64,000 nucleotides of DNA, taken from IMG/VR virus record IMGVR_UViG_3300037484_000445, positions 64,001 through 128,000 of that record, one strand, 5' to 3'. The stretch is from a virus (taxonomy: Duplodnaviria > Heunggongvirae > Uroviricota > Caudoviricetes). A program made the translations under genes and the position numbers. Position 1 is the first letter of the stretch. Each line of letters opens with the position of its first letter. This document shows, in pieces, positions 28,697-37,239 of this stretch. The notes beneath the pieces are model-generated. The model was given only the letters and a program-made list of their open reading frames with translations, had not been told where the DNA came from and ran no database searches.

Positions 28697-29346
28697 TTAC
28701 CAGGGATTTCAACGTCATTCGGCGACGCCCCCACATCGTAGATATTCTCACTCGGAAGCGGGTGGGCGTTCAGGGGTATCGTTTGGAAGCGGCCACCAAT
28801 TTTGACGCCGTTTTCACACCCATTATCACGGCAGACATCTCGTCGGGATATTTGGACCCTGCCATTAACCCCAACGTTTTGCATACCGTGCCGAATCAAG
28901 ACCAAATTCGGATCGTCTTCAATCCCCACACTTTCACTGGTGTTGCGGGTATTACGGACGACAACCACTTTTGGCTTAGGTTCGTGCCGATCGACTTTGC
29001 AGGGGCCCCAGGAACTCCTGGTAATCCAGCCTTAGTCATCACGGACTATGAACACTATGGCATGAGTCGTGTGCTCATTGCCGGAGATGTCCCCCAAGCC
29101 GCATCAGTGGCGGGTTCCTTGCAATTGGACCTACCCTTTACGTCACAGGACCTTTACATCAAGAACGAGGATCCTACAGGGGGTCAAGACCTGTACTTGG
29201 CTTCACTGCCTGGTGGTGCTGAGCAGCAGATCAGCCCTCAAGAGGTATTGACCATGTTCTTCGGACCCTTGGATTCCCTTATTGTTCGTGGGGCCGGTGG
29301 GACTACTCGTTTTTCCGCTTCGTTCACTAACTATCTACCGATCTGA
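28693..29346 (+). CDS. Beta-rich structural protein
   Basis: 217 aa, beta-strand rich, first of a cluster of surface-type genes. Confidence 0.6.
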   Translation: MITRDFNVIRRRPHIVDILTRKRVGVQGYRLEAATNFDAVFTPIITADISSGYLDPAINPNVLHTVPNQDQIRIVFNPHTFTGVAGITDDNHFWLRFVPIDFAGAPGTPGNPALVITDYEHYGMSRVLIAGDVPQAASVAGSLQLDLPFTSQDLYIKNEDPTGGQDLYLASLPGGAEQQISPQEVLTMFFGPLDSLIVRGAGGTTRFSASFTNYLPI

Positions 29347-29372
29347 GGCTCTACTAAGTACTGAGGTTTCTT

Positions 29373-29393
29373 TTATTGCTTCGGATCCACTGA
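29373..29393 (+). promoter_or_regulatory. Putative late promoter TTAT-N15-GA
   Basis: Exact motif upstream of 29404. Confidence 0.55.
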
Positions 29394-29403
29394 GGAGTAT
29401 CGC

Positions 29404-30297
29404 ATGCTGAGGCTAATTCACAACCAGGTAGGACAGGGCCGCATCCTTGTCGACGATATCGACGATGGTCTGCCAAACAAGGCTAATCACCGTCTTGGCA
29501 GTGAGGGTGACCCGAAGGCTTACAAGCGTGATGGTTACGCGAATGAGCCTAAGCAACCTTGCTACATCCCACGGACAAAGCTCAATGAGCCGGCTATTGC
29601 CGGGTATATTGACCTCCGTGAGACCCAGCGGGTTCTTCTTTCGGCTGGGAAGGGCAAGATCTACAAGCTTCAGCAAGCTGGCCTCATCACGGTGGTTTCC
29701 CTGTTGCCCACGGATTTGGCAACTCCTGTCGTGGCTACCGCGACTCTGGGCACTCCTGGTGCTGGAGACCTTACCTTAAGTGGTACGGGCTTCCTTTCAG
29801 TACTTCCAGACATCAGCACTGTGACCCTAAGTGGCGCTGGTGTTGGCAGCGTAACGCTCACGAGAACACAAATTCTCGCAGGAGCAGGCGGTGCCTTTAC
29901 TGGTACTTCCATCGTCATCGATACCCTTCTAGCCCCTGGCCTAGCTGATGGGGATACCATCACTGTTCGAGCCGATGGGCGAACGAGTAACACGTTCATC
30001 CTGCGAGCCAGCCCGATTATTACGGGTGACACTTTGGGAGCTCCAGGAGCCGGCGACGTAACGTTGGCTGGTACGAGCTTCTTGTCGGATGACGGTTCTG
30101 CTAACACGGTCACCTTTGCGGGTGCCGGTGTTGGTAGTGTCACTCTTACGAGGGCTCAAGTTCTGGCCGGAGCTGGTGGTGTGTTCACAGACACGGCCAT
30201 CGTGGTCGACACTTTGCTGGTCCCTGGCCTTCTCGCCAACGATACAGCAACTGTTCTAGCCAATGCTCATACGAGCAACACTTTCACCCTTGTGTAA
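29404..30297 (+). CDS. Virion surface protein with two IPT/Ig-like repeats
   Basis: Duplicated TLG.PGAGD.TL.GT.FLS...VT..GAGVGSVTLTR.Q.LAGAGG.FT.T.IV.DTLL.PGL...TSNTF.L; GAGGAG RBS. Confidence 0.75.
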   Translation: MLRLIHNQVGQGRILVDDIDDGLPNKANHRLGSEGDPKAYKRDGYANEPKQPCYIPRTKLNEPAIAGYIDLRETQRVLLSAGKGKIYKLQQAGLITVVSLLPTDLATPVVATATLGTPGAGDLTLSGTGFLSVLPDISTVTLSGAGVGSVTLTRTQILAGAGGAFTGTSIVIDTLLAPGLADGDTITVRADGRTSNTFILRASPIITGDTLGAPGAGDVTLAGTSFLSDDGSANTVTFAGAGVGSVTLTRAQVLAGAGGVFTDTAIVVDTLLVPGLLANDTATVLANAHTSNTFTLV

Positions 30298-30307
30298 GTA
30301 ACGTGAC

Positions 30308-30667
30308 GTGGCGTTTACCCTACTCCCAGAGATCGTTCGAGTCGAAGGCACCAGCTTCTATCGCACAGACAGAAGGTGGCAGCCCAAAGACCTCATTCCG
30401 GATCCGTACCGGAGGAACCTTCTCAAGGATGCCCAGGGGCGCCTCAATCGGTTGGAAGAGGCGGTCGACGAATTTCAGCAGCTCGATCGGGCGCCTCTTT
30501 ACATCAAGCTCCTCGCTCGTATGCGGCTTTACGTTAAGAGGGCTCAGTTTGCTTGGCGTACTGATGACCTCGAATTTCTCAAGCAAATCGCCAAGTTTTT
30601 CACTGATTATGGGCTTGTCCTTCAGAACTTGAAAATCGATCAGGCACGAGGACGGCTTGCAGTCTGA
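30308..30667 (+). CDS. Hypothetical helical protein
   Basis: Fills the gap between two surface-protein genes; preferred over the overlapping frame 30303..30632. Confidence 0.5.
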   Translation: MAFTLLPEIVRVEGTSFYRTDRRWQPKDLIPDPYRRNLLKDAQGRLNRLEEAVDEFQQLDRAPLYIKLLARMRLYVKRAQFAWRTDDLEFLKQIAKFFTDYGLVLQNLKIDQARGRLAV

Positions 30668-30682
30668 TTAGGAGTCCTAACC

Positions 30683-31804
30683 ATGCGTATCGGAGTCATT
30701 CGTGGCGATCTTCCAGGCCCAATCCACCTTCAAGACTTGGAGGTAGTCTCTCAATACAACCCGACCACGGAACCTCGTGGCCAGGAACGCTACATCGGCC
30801 GTCCAACGACGGTAGAACTCGAAGCGGTTCTTGCCAACGCTGTTTTTGGTGCAGGTGCAACCATTGAGGGTTCAGATATCGTAGGATCGTTCCCCCTTAC
30901 GATCACGCTTGGTGCCGACGACACCCTACAGGTTCGCACATCAGCCACGGCTTCGTACACTACCGTCGTTATTGCGGCGGCTGTTTATGCAACCTTCGCA
31001 ACCTTCTTGGTAGCTGTCAATGCGGCTTTGAATGGTACGGGAGTTGTTGCCCGGCAGGGAACTGGTTCGGGGACGAGGCTCGCCCTCGAGTCTTTGACCC
31101 GAGGTGTTGGTTCGTATCTTGGCGTCGCTGCGGCAGCCACTTCCACCTTCAATACCCCGGCGGGTTTTGGGGCTCTGGCTTTGGTCAGGACTATGCCGTC
31201 AGCAGCCGCTTTCATTTTGGCATTGAACCCTGTTGCCGGCGTTCTTGACGTCTCGACGGCGACCATCAATGGTGTTGGAGCTACAACCAATGCCAACGCC
31301 ATCGGGCTCATTCCAGCGGCTCGTGGCACGACTACGGCCATAGCCGAAGCCATCGCTCCAAGGATTGTCGAGACCTATACGGCTATCGACAGTTTCTTGG
31401 TCGGCATGATCTCGGAATACCGTAGTGCAAGCTACAATCCGGATTCCCGCCGTGGCTTGACCAACGGGGCAGCTATCTCCGTGGTTCAGGATGATGGTGT
31501 GACGCCTTATGCCCCAACATTGCCAGTGTTGACAACGGCCGACTTCAACACCCCTGTGCCAGGATCTATGACCATAACAGGTACTGGCTTGGGCACGTAC
31601 GAGAGCAAGGACACTGTGGTCAAGGTTGTTGGACCTACGATCAACAAGACTTTGGCTCAAAGTACCATCGAAGCCGCTGGCGGTACCATTGCTGATACCA
31701 CAATTGTGATACCGGCTTCGTTGCTCACTGGGGCAACACTGACGACCTCTACGGCCAGAGTCAAGGTTCGACAGCGTGTCTCTAGCGCTGTTGCCTTGAC
31801 CTAA
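30683..31804 (+). CDS. Virion surface protein, Ala/Thr/Gly-rich, with C-terminal IPT/Ig-like domain
   Basis: AGGAG RBS; C-terminal P.LTTA...PG.MTITGTG resembles the repeats of 29404..30297. Confidence 0.7.
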   Translation: MRIGVIRGDLPGPIHLQDLEVVSQYNPTTEPRGQERYIGRPTTVELEAVLANAVFGAGATIEGSDIVGSFPLTITLGADDTLQVRTSATASYTTVVIAAAVYATFATFLVAVNAALNGTGVVARQGTGSGTRLALESLTRGVGSYLGVAAAATSTFNTPAGFGALALVRTMPSAAAFILALNPVAGVLDVSTATINGVGATTNANAIGLIPAARGTTTAIAEAIAPRIVETYTAIDSFLVGMISEYRSASYNPDSRRGLTNGAAISVVQDDGVTPYAPTLPVLTTADFNTPVPGSMTITGTGLGTYESKDTVVKVVGPTINKTLAQSTIEAAGGTIADTTIVIPASLLTGATLTTSTARVKVRQRVSSAVALT

Positions 31805-31920
31805 GCTTAGGTCACGTTAGGGGGCCCTATTGTGGGCCCCCAGATGAACATCAAAACCCAGATCTACAGATCAGACTCAGAACTTTACGGCTCCTTCGGG
31901 GGTCGAGATTGGGATGCGAT

Positions 31921-32163
31921 ATGAAGAATGAAAACGAGTTCCGGACGTCGGATCTCTATTTTGCAGCGTATCTGCAAGTAGCTGGTGTTGCGATGGTTCG
32001 GACGGAAAAAAACGGAAGCGGGAAGGTGTCTTTCATCTTCGACTCGTCCGTGTCAAACACGGAGGAGCTGAAGAACGCTTGGTTTGGGCAAACGGGTAAG
32101 GTTCCAGCCCTTCCCTATGCAAACGCCATTAAGACCCTTAAATCGGTATGCCACATGCCCTGA
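31921..32163 (+). CDS. DUF5659-like small protein
   Basis: FRTSDLYFAAYL...G....FIF signature. Confidence 0.6.
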   Translation: MKNENEFRTSDLYFAAYLQVAGVAMVRTEKNGSGKVSFIFDSSVSNTEELKNAWFGQTGKVPALPYANAIKTLKSVCHMP

Positions 32164-32190
32164 CATACGAGTCCTTTGTTCTAGTGGGTC

Positions 32191-32574
32191 ATGGCAACTA
32201 CCAATCGCACACGCGCCGTTCAAGTAAACCAAGTCATCTTCGACCAGGTTGAGATCCTGCAAGCGGATCTATTCACCCGGGTTTTGGGGTTGACTGTGGC
32301 AAACGTGACCCTAACGTTGACTTACAACAATGGTGTTGTGAGTTGGCCTTTGGTCTCTGGTGTCAGCGTTATTGACTCTCTGATCGTTGCGGGCAACGTG
32401 TATTGGGATCAACTACCCTCGGGGGCGTACGGGCTTCGATTCTTCCCAAATGCCCTCGGTACCTGGTCCATCGAGATTGCCTATTCCGCAGGGTCACCCA
32501 ATCAGAGGGTGACCGTGACCTACGACGTTTTCAATCCACTCTCCATTGAGAATGAATTGAAAGCTTCGTTCTAA
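32191..32574 (+). CDS. Small Ig-like structural protein
   Basis: G.Y.LRF.P...GTW.IEI.Y beta-sandwich pattern. Confidence 0.6.
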   Translation: MATTNRTRAVQVNQVIFDQVEILQADLFTRVLGLTVANVTLTLTYNNGVVSWPLVSGVSVIDSLIVAGNVYWDQLPSGAYGLRFFPNALGTWSIEIAYSAGSPNQRVTVTYDVFNPLSIENELKASF

Positions 32575-32595
32575 CCCCTTCCAAGGGATATGTAA

Positions 32596-34377
32596 ATGAA
32601 CACAGATGTAAGTGACTCTAAGGATACCTCTGCCGTCGAACGAGCTGCAAGACTAGCCAACAGTCCGGACCTTTGGAACGTTCTGTGGAAGTCTGAGGGT
32701 CAAGATACCTGGCGAAAACAGGCTTTGACGCAGGTTTACTCAAGAATCGTTCACCTGATGCCTCGAGAGGCGTCGGTCGTTGATTTGGGTGGTGGATTGG
32801 GTATCCTAGGCAAGCGTCTTCAAGGGGAGAAGAAGGCGAACGTAGTAGTCGCGGATCATAGTCCTGATGCCCTTCAGATCGCTTGTGAAGCGGGTTTAAA
32901 GACGGTCGAACTAGACTTGGAGGGGGACTACTCGATTGATCTGTTTGAGGGTACTACACCAATTCTAGTGGCCACTGAAGTAGCCGAGCACTTGAGCCAC
33001 GAGGCCAGGCAGACGCTCTTCCAGAAGGCAGCCCAGGCGGGTCACGCCTTTATCTCTGTGCCGAATGACCGTTTGGGTCCTGATGAAGAGCCTCAGCACA
33101 CGATCAAGTACACAGCCCTCGAGTTTCTAGAGGACCTAAAAAAGCATTTCGAGCACGTCCGTGTTGAGGCCTTAGGTCCTTACTTGTTAGGGGTCTGTGG
33201 TTGGAAGAAAGCCTTCACCCTATCGGTTACCTTTCCGTGCCGCGACGAGGCCGATGACATCGAGGCAACCCTCGCAAGCTTACGTGGGGTGGCGGATGAG
33301 ATCGTCATTGGGGTTGATCCTAGGACCTCGGACAACACTCGAGAGATTGCCCGTAAGTATGCAGAAGTAGTCTTCGATTTGGTGGATCCTGAAGGCCCTG
33401 AGGGTGACCAAGTCCCTTCTGGGGGTGTCCACTTTTCATGGATCCGCAACCAGTGTATGGACCGTTGTAAGAGCGAGTGGATCTTCATGACGGAGGCCCA
33501 TGAACGCCTAGTTTCTGGCTGGGATGCTTTACTCAACTTAGATCAGCTTCCTAAGCATGCACGGATTGGTTTCGTCCTACGCACGGGTAGCGACCAACAA
33601 TGGGCTTTTCCGTGGTTATGTAAGCAGGATCCCAAGATTCGCTACATTCGCCAGACCCACAACACTTTAGATTACCCTGCCGGTACCTACGTGATTCAAC
33701 TTCCGCAGGTTAGGACCTTGCATGAGAGGACTAAGGACCGCGAAATCCAGCGGCATAAGCAGCGTAAGGTTCAAAACCGTGTGACTCTTTTAGATGATTG
33801 GGTCACCCACGGCAATGAGAACTCATTGCACTATCTTGGGGCTGAATGGCGTGAGCACAACCCTACTAAGGCGATTGAGCGTCTCGAGGAGTATCTCAAT
33901 TTACCTAAGAAAAACGGGCCTATGCGTTACCATACGCGGCTCATACTCTCGAAGCTGTATTCTCAACAGAACGACCTTAAGAAGGCTCGTGAAGTCCTCA
34001 TGGGCTGCGTCGAGGACGATTGGAATCGAACTGAGCATTGGGTTAGATTAGGGGATATTGCTCATATCGAGGATCGTTTAGAAGAGGCCCTTCAGTGGTA
34101 CATCTACGCAGGAACCCGGGTGGGAGATCCACCTTTCACTCTTTGGTGGGTGGACCTACACATGTATTCGTGGATTCCGGCACAAAGATTGGCCATGGTC
34201 TACGGAGAATTGGGTTTGCTTGACAAATCTCTTTATTGGGCAACTAGGGTGTTAGAACTGCTTCCTGACAACGCTGAACCCTCGGCGTTCGAAGAGGCAC
34301 AAGCCAATGTCACCCTAATAGAGGAGGCAATCGAAAATGCAGGCCAAGGACATTCAGAACTCGCTGGGAATGCCTGA
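32596..34377 (+). CDS. Class I SAM methyltransferase + family 2 glycosyltransferase + TPR fusion
   Basis: VVDLGGGLG and EVAEHL (MTase); LSVTFPCRDEA...LASL..VADEIVI.VD...SDNTREIA and FSWIRN (GT2); C-terminal TPR-like helices. Confidence 0.85.
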   Translation: MNTDVSDSKDTSAVERAARLANSPDLWNVLWKSEGQDTWRKQALTQVYSRIVHLMPREASVVDLGGGLGILGKRLQGEKKANVVVADHSPDALQIACEAGLKTVELDLEGDYSIDLFEGTTPILVATEVAEHLSHEARQTLFQKAAQAGHAFISVPNDRLGPDEEPQHTIKYTALEFLEDLKKHFEHVRVEALGPYLLGVCGWKKAFTLSVTFPCRDEADDIEATLASLRGVADEIVIGVDPRTSDNTREIARKYAEVVFDLVDPEGPEGDQVPSGGVHFSWIRNQCMDRCKSEWIFMTEAHERLVSGWDALLNLDQLPKHARIGFVLRTGSDQQWAFPWLCKQDPKIRYIRQTHNTLDYPAGTYVIQLPQVRTLHERTKDREIQRHKQRKVQNRVTLLDDWVTHGNENSLHYLGAEWREHNPTKAIERLEEYLNLPKKNGPMRYHTRLILSKLYSQQNDLKKAREVLMGCVEDDWNRTEHWVRLGDIAHIEDRLEEALQWYIYAGTRVGDPPFTLWWVDLHMYSWIPAQRLAMVYGELGLLDKSLYWATRVLELLPDNAEPSAFEEAQANVTLIEEAIENAGQGHSELAGNA

Positions 34378-34849
34378 CGAACTCCAGGCCAAGGGCATAT
34401 TTATCGTCGAGGTTATTCGCGACGGTAAGAATGGTCCCGAGGTCTTGCAGCGTCGGGTTACCCCAAACCTGGTAGTGAACACGGGCAAGCGCCAGCTGTG
34501 GCGTATGGCTTCGGGTTTGAACGCTACTGCTGGTTTCTTCGATCAGATGCGGATCGGCACTTCGGCCGTGGCCGCCAACTCTGGTCAGACCAATGTTGTC
34601 AGTCCCGTAACTGGTACGCTCAACACTGTTGATTCTCGTACTCTTCTTGCGGGTACACGTACGTTCCAGTGGGTAATTAGCTACGCTTCAGGTGCTGGCA
34701 CCAAGTCGGCTACGAACATCCGTGAAGTCGTGGTTTTGAACCAGAACACCTCTCCAGGTGGCTCGGCTCTCAGTCGTTCGGTGTTCACGGCGGTGAACAA
34801 GACGACCGCGGACAAGCTTCGTATCACCTACCGCGCTCGCGTGACATGA
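34337..34849 (+). CDS. Phage structural protein (fibre/baseplate-attachment-like)
   Basis: NLVVNTG...MRIGTS...IREV...SRSVF.AVNKT..D.L.ITY pattern; GAGGAGG RBS. Confidence 0.65.
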   Translation: MQAKDIQNSLGMPDELQAKGIFIVEVIRDGKNGPEVLQRRVTPNLVVNTGKRQLWRMASGLNATAGFFDQMRIGTSAVAANSGQTNVVSPVTGTLNTVDSRTLLAGTRTFQWVISYASGAGTKSATNIREVVVLNQNTSPGGSALSRSVFTAVNKTTADKLRITYRARVT

Positions 34850-34855
34850 CCCTCG

Positions 34856-34903
34856 CCACTGAACACCCTACTTGAGCTAAGTCTCGTGTAGAGTGTTCAG
34901 TGG
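34856..34903. terminator. Long inverted repeat (terminator or processing hairpin)
   Basis: CCACTGAACAC...GTGTTCAGTGG 11-bp perfect arms just after a stop codon. Confidence 0.55.
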
Positions 34904-34945
34904 GCTAAATACACAGCATTGGCGCTTGTGAGGATGCCGTGATCG

Positions 34946-35449
34946 ATGTTCGTTTGTCGACACGGCATACTTGTGCGTTGGGTGGTCATTATGCTGTACT
35001 CACGTGAGAACGACGACACACTCGTAATTTACGACACCCTTATCATTAGGGTTAGTAGAAATGTAGCCCCTAGGGCTTGTGTCCTACCGGTACGGGGGTT
35101 GATACCTTCTAGGACATTTGGGTATCTGCAGTCCTTAGGTCCGGGTGACTTGGCGATCCACCTCGAGAGTGACCAAGGGGCAGTTTCACCTTTTTCTGTC
35201 CACTACACCCTATACCAAGTAGCCTCTTCGGGAGCGTTACTTCGAATTGGCGTTTGTAAGACGGCTCTGGGTGATTCTTCAGGGGGTTACTACGTTGTGG
35301 GCCGTGCTGGGGAGCTAGGCCAACCCGGCCTTTGGGCGATTCGATGGGAGGTCCGCCTAACACATCATTCTATGCCCCAGTATGTTCAGCAGCAGTTCAC
35401 GGTTACTTCGGAATCCACCCTAGCCTCGAGTCGTATTCAAGGGTGGTAG
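34946..35449 (+). CDS. Ig-like protein related to the N-terminal domain of the downstream neck protein (start uncertain)
   Basis: YTLYQV...GGYY...GLWAIRW resembles YALYDV...GHYY...GDYRIRW in 35872..36768. Confidence 0.55.
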   Translation: MFVCRHGILVRWVVIMLYSRENDDTLVIYDTLIIRVSRNVAPRACVLPVRGLIPSRTFGYLQSLGPGDLAIHLESDQGAVSPFSVHYTLYQVASSGALLRIGVCKTALGDSSGGYYVVGRAGELGQPGLWAIRWEVRLTHHSMPQYVQQQFTVTSESTLASSRIQGW

Positions 35450-35458
35450 AGAATCGAT

Positions 35459-35479
35459 TTATGCTAATGCTTGAAGGGA
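35459..35479 (+). promoter_or_regulatory. Putative late promoter TTAT-N15-GA
   Basis: Exact motif upstream of ATG 35486. Confidence 0.55.
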
Positions 35480-35485
35480 TCCGCT

Positions 35486-35872
35486 ATGTCCGCCAAGACC
35501 CTAGTGCAGCGCTTTAAGTCAGCCAACGAGGACGTGTGGCTTTCACGGGAAGATGTTGCTCAGATTTGTCCTTCCTGTGCCAACAAGATGGCTTCCAAGG
35601 GCATCTCCAAGGTTCGAGCTTCAGTGCTATTCTCGGACGAGCGCTTGATGACGGCTGCCCTAGGTCGGATGGCTAAGGGGTGGGGGAGTCTCCCCAAGGG
35701 GTGGACACAAGCATCTCTCAAAAGCTTTTGGGAGTCCTTGACGGGCGATCGTAAGCACAAGGTGACTGCGTGTATCTCTAAACTGAAGGGATCCGAAGGG
35801 GTCGATGATCCGGGAGCCTTTTGCGCATCACTCGCGGACCGCCTGGAACCCGGCTGGAGAAGCGAGCGATAA
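35486..35872 (+). CDS. Small basic protein, probable internal head protein
   Basis: KTLVQRFKSA tag, CPSC, KMA/VRA/RMA motifs; TTAT-N15-GA upstream. Confidence 0.7.
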   Translation: MSAKTLVQRFKSANEDVWLSREDVAQICPSCANKMASKGISKVRASVLFSDERLMTAALGRMAKGWGSLPKGWTQASLKSFWESLTGDRKHKVTACISKLKGSEGVDDPGAFCASLADRLEPGWRSER

Positions 35873-36768
35873 TGTCTGTAGCCTTCCTTCGTGGGCAGCA
35901 GCTAGGGACAAGCGATCTGGACATCAGTTTGGAGAACTCGTCATCGTATCCTATTAATGCCGCTGAAATCAGTTATGCCTTATATGATGTGACCACGGGG
36001 CAAGAGGTCCTTTTAGGGATCCCGAGGAGAGATCCAGCCAATGATAGCGTAGGGCACTACTACGCTAGTGTCATCATCCCCTTGGACGCCAACATCGGGG
36101 ACTACCGAATTCGTTGGACTTTTCGAGAGACGGTCGGGGGTCCTATACACTCAGTTGTTCAAGAGTTCAACGTCATCGATAAGGCTCAGGCTGCAACAAA
36201 TTGTTGTTGTGTTTCACAGCACGAGTTAGAGCTGATCCGTAGACTAAGGATTCTGCTTCGGGACAACAACCCCGATCGTAACTACCACTTCCGACCCCCA
36301 GCCCACGAAGAGACCATCCGACAGTTCAACCAGGTATTTGGGTTCATTTGGGAGGACTATGAATTGGAGGAGTTCCTCTTTAACGGCCTGGATATGGTCT
36401 CGGCGGCTCCCCCTAGGACGCCTATTCCAAACTTTGAGGTCCTCTATAACAACTACCCAGAGTGGCGAACGTTGGTCCTCAACGGGGCTATGATGTATGC
36501 CTTATTTGCTATGATGGTGAATTGGATTGCCGATGAATTCGACTACTCCATCGGTGGTGTGTCCTTGTCCATCGAGAAATCAAGCAAATACGAGTCGGCT
36601 TACCAAGCCATCAAGGATCAATTCGACACTCAGCTCGAACGAGCCAAACAGACGGTGAAGATCGTCAAGGGTTTGCAACAACCTCGCTTTGGTATTGGTA
36701 TTCGATCCTCTTTCGGCCCGTACGTCGGAGCTGGTGTCCTAAGTCCCCGTAAATTCGTGGGTTTCTGA
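35872..36768 (+). CDS. Probable head-tail adaptor/neck protein with N-terminal Ig-like domain
   Basis: LRILLRD...FIWED.EL...YSIGGVSLSI.K...Y resembles adaptor folds; TAATG coupling. Confidence 0.65.
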   Translation: MSVAFLRGQQLGTSDLDISLENSSSYPINAAEISYALYDVTTGQEVLLGIPRRDPANDSVGHYYASVIIPLDANIGDYRIRWTFRETVGGPIHSVVQEFNVIDKAQAATNCCCVSQHELELIRRLRILLRDNNPDRNYHFRPPAHEETIRQFNQVFGFIWEDYELEEFLFNGLDMVSAAPPRTPIPNFEVLYNNYPEWRTLVLNGAMMYALFAMMVNWIADEFDYSIGGVSLSIEKSSKYESAYQAIKDQFDTQLERAKQTVKIVKGLQQPRFGIGIRSSFGPYVGAGVLSPRKFVGF

Positions 36769-36782
36769 TCCGGCTAATCCTT

Positions 36783-36803
36783 TTATCGGATCGATCCCTG
36801 TGA
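36783..36803 (+). promoter_or_regulatory. Putative late promoter TTAT-N15-GA
   Basis: Exact motif upstream of 36819. Confidence 0.55.
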
Positions 36804-36818
36804 GCCCCTTGTGGGCAG

Positions 36819-37205
36819 ATGGACACCCAAATGACAAACGAGAAGCGTTCCCTTACGCCCGAAGATCCTGTAGACGCTGAGACCTTGGCTCAATTTGCTC
36901 GACTACAGGAGACCAAGCAACATCTGGCTTTGGTCTTGACTCAACTCGAGTTGGACAAGATCGAGATCCTTCGTTCTGTGAGTCGCATTGACGAGCAGAA
37001 TCGCAGGCTATTTGAAACATGCCTAGTTGATCGGGGTATTCCCCCCACCAACGATATTGAGATCGATTCCAAGACAGGCCGGCTTGTTCGCAAGAGAAGC
37101 CTTGAGGAAGTTACTGAACAGGCTCAACCCGTGCCTCCGCCTGAGGTTGCATCCGAGGTAATTGAACCTCCAGTTGAGCCTAGTGACCCTAAACCTGAGG
37201 GCTAG
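36819..37205 (+). CDS. Hypothetical coiled-coil protein
   Basis: 128 aa; TTAT-N15-GA upstream. Confidence 0.65.
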   Translation: MDTQMTNEKRSLTPEDPVDAETLAQFARLQETKQHLALVLTQLELDKIEILRSVSRIDEQNRRLFETCLVDRGIPPTNDIEIDSKTGRLVRKRSLEEVTEQAQPVPPPEVASEVIEPPVEPSDPKPEG

Positions 37206-37214
37206 AAGTTCCCC

Positions 37215-37235
37215 TTATGGGCACTCTTGATCAGA
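37215..37235 (+). promoter_or_regulatory. Putative late promoter TTAT-N15-GA
   Basis: Exact motif upstream of 37240. Confidence 0.55.
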
Positions 37236-37239
37236 GCCT

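Noticed and set aside
30303-30632. Alternative + strand frame overlapping 30308..30667
   Set aside because: Ser/Arg-rich off-frame composition; the other frame fits the gene spacing better.
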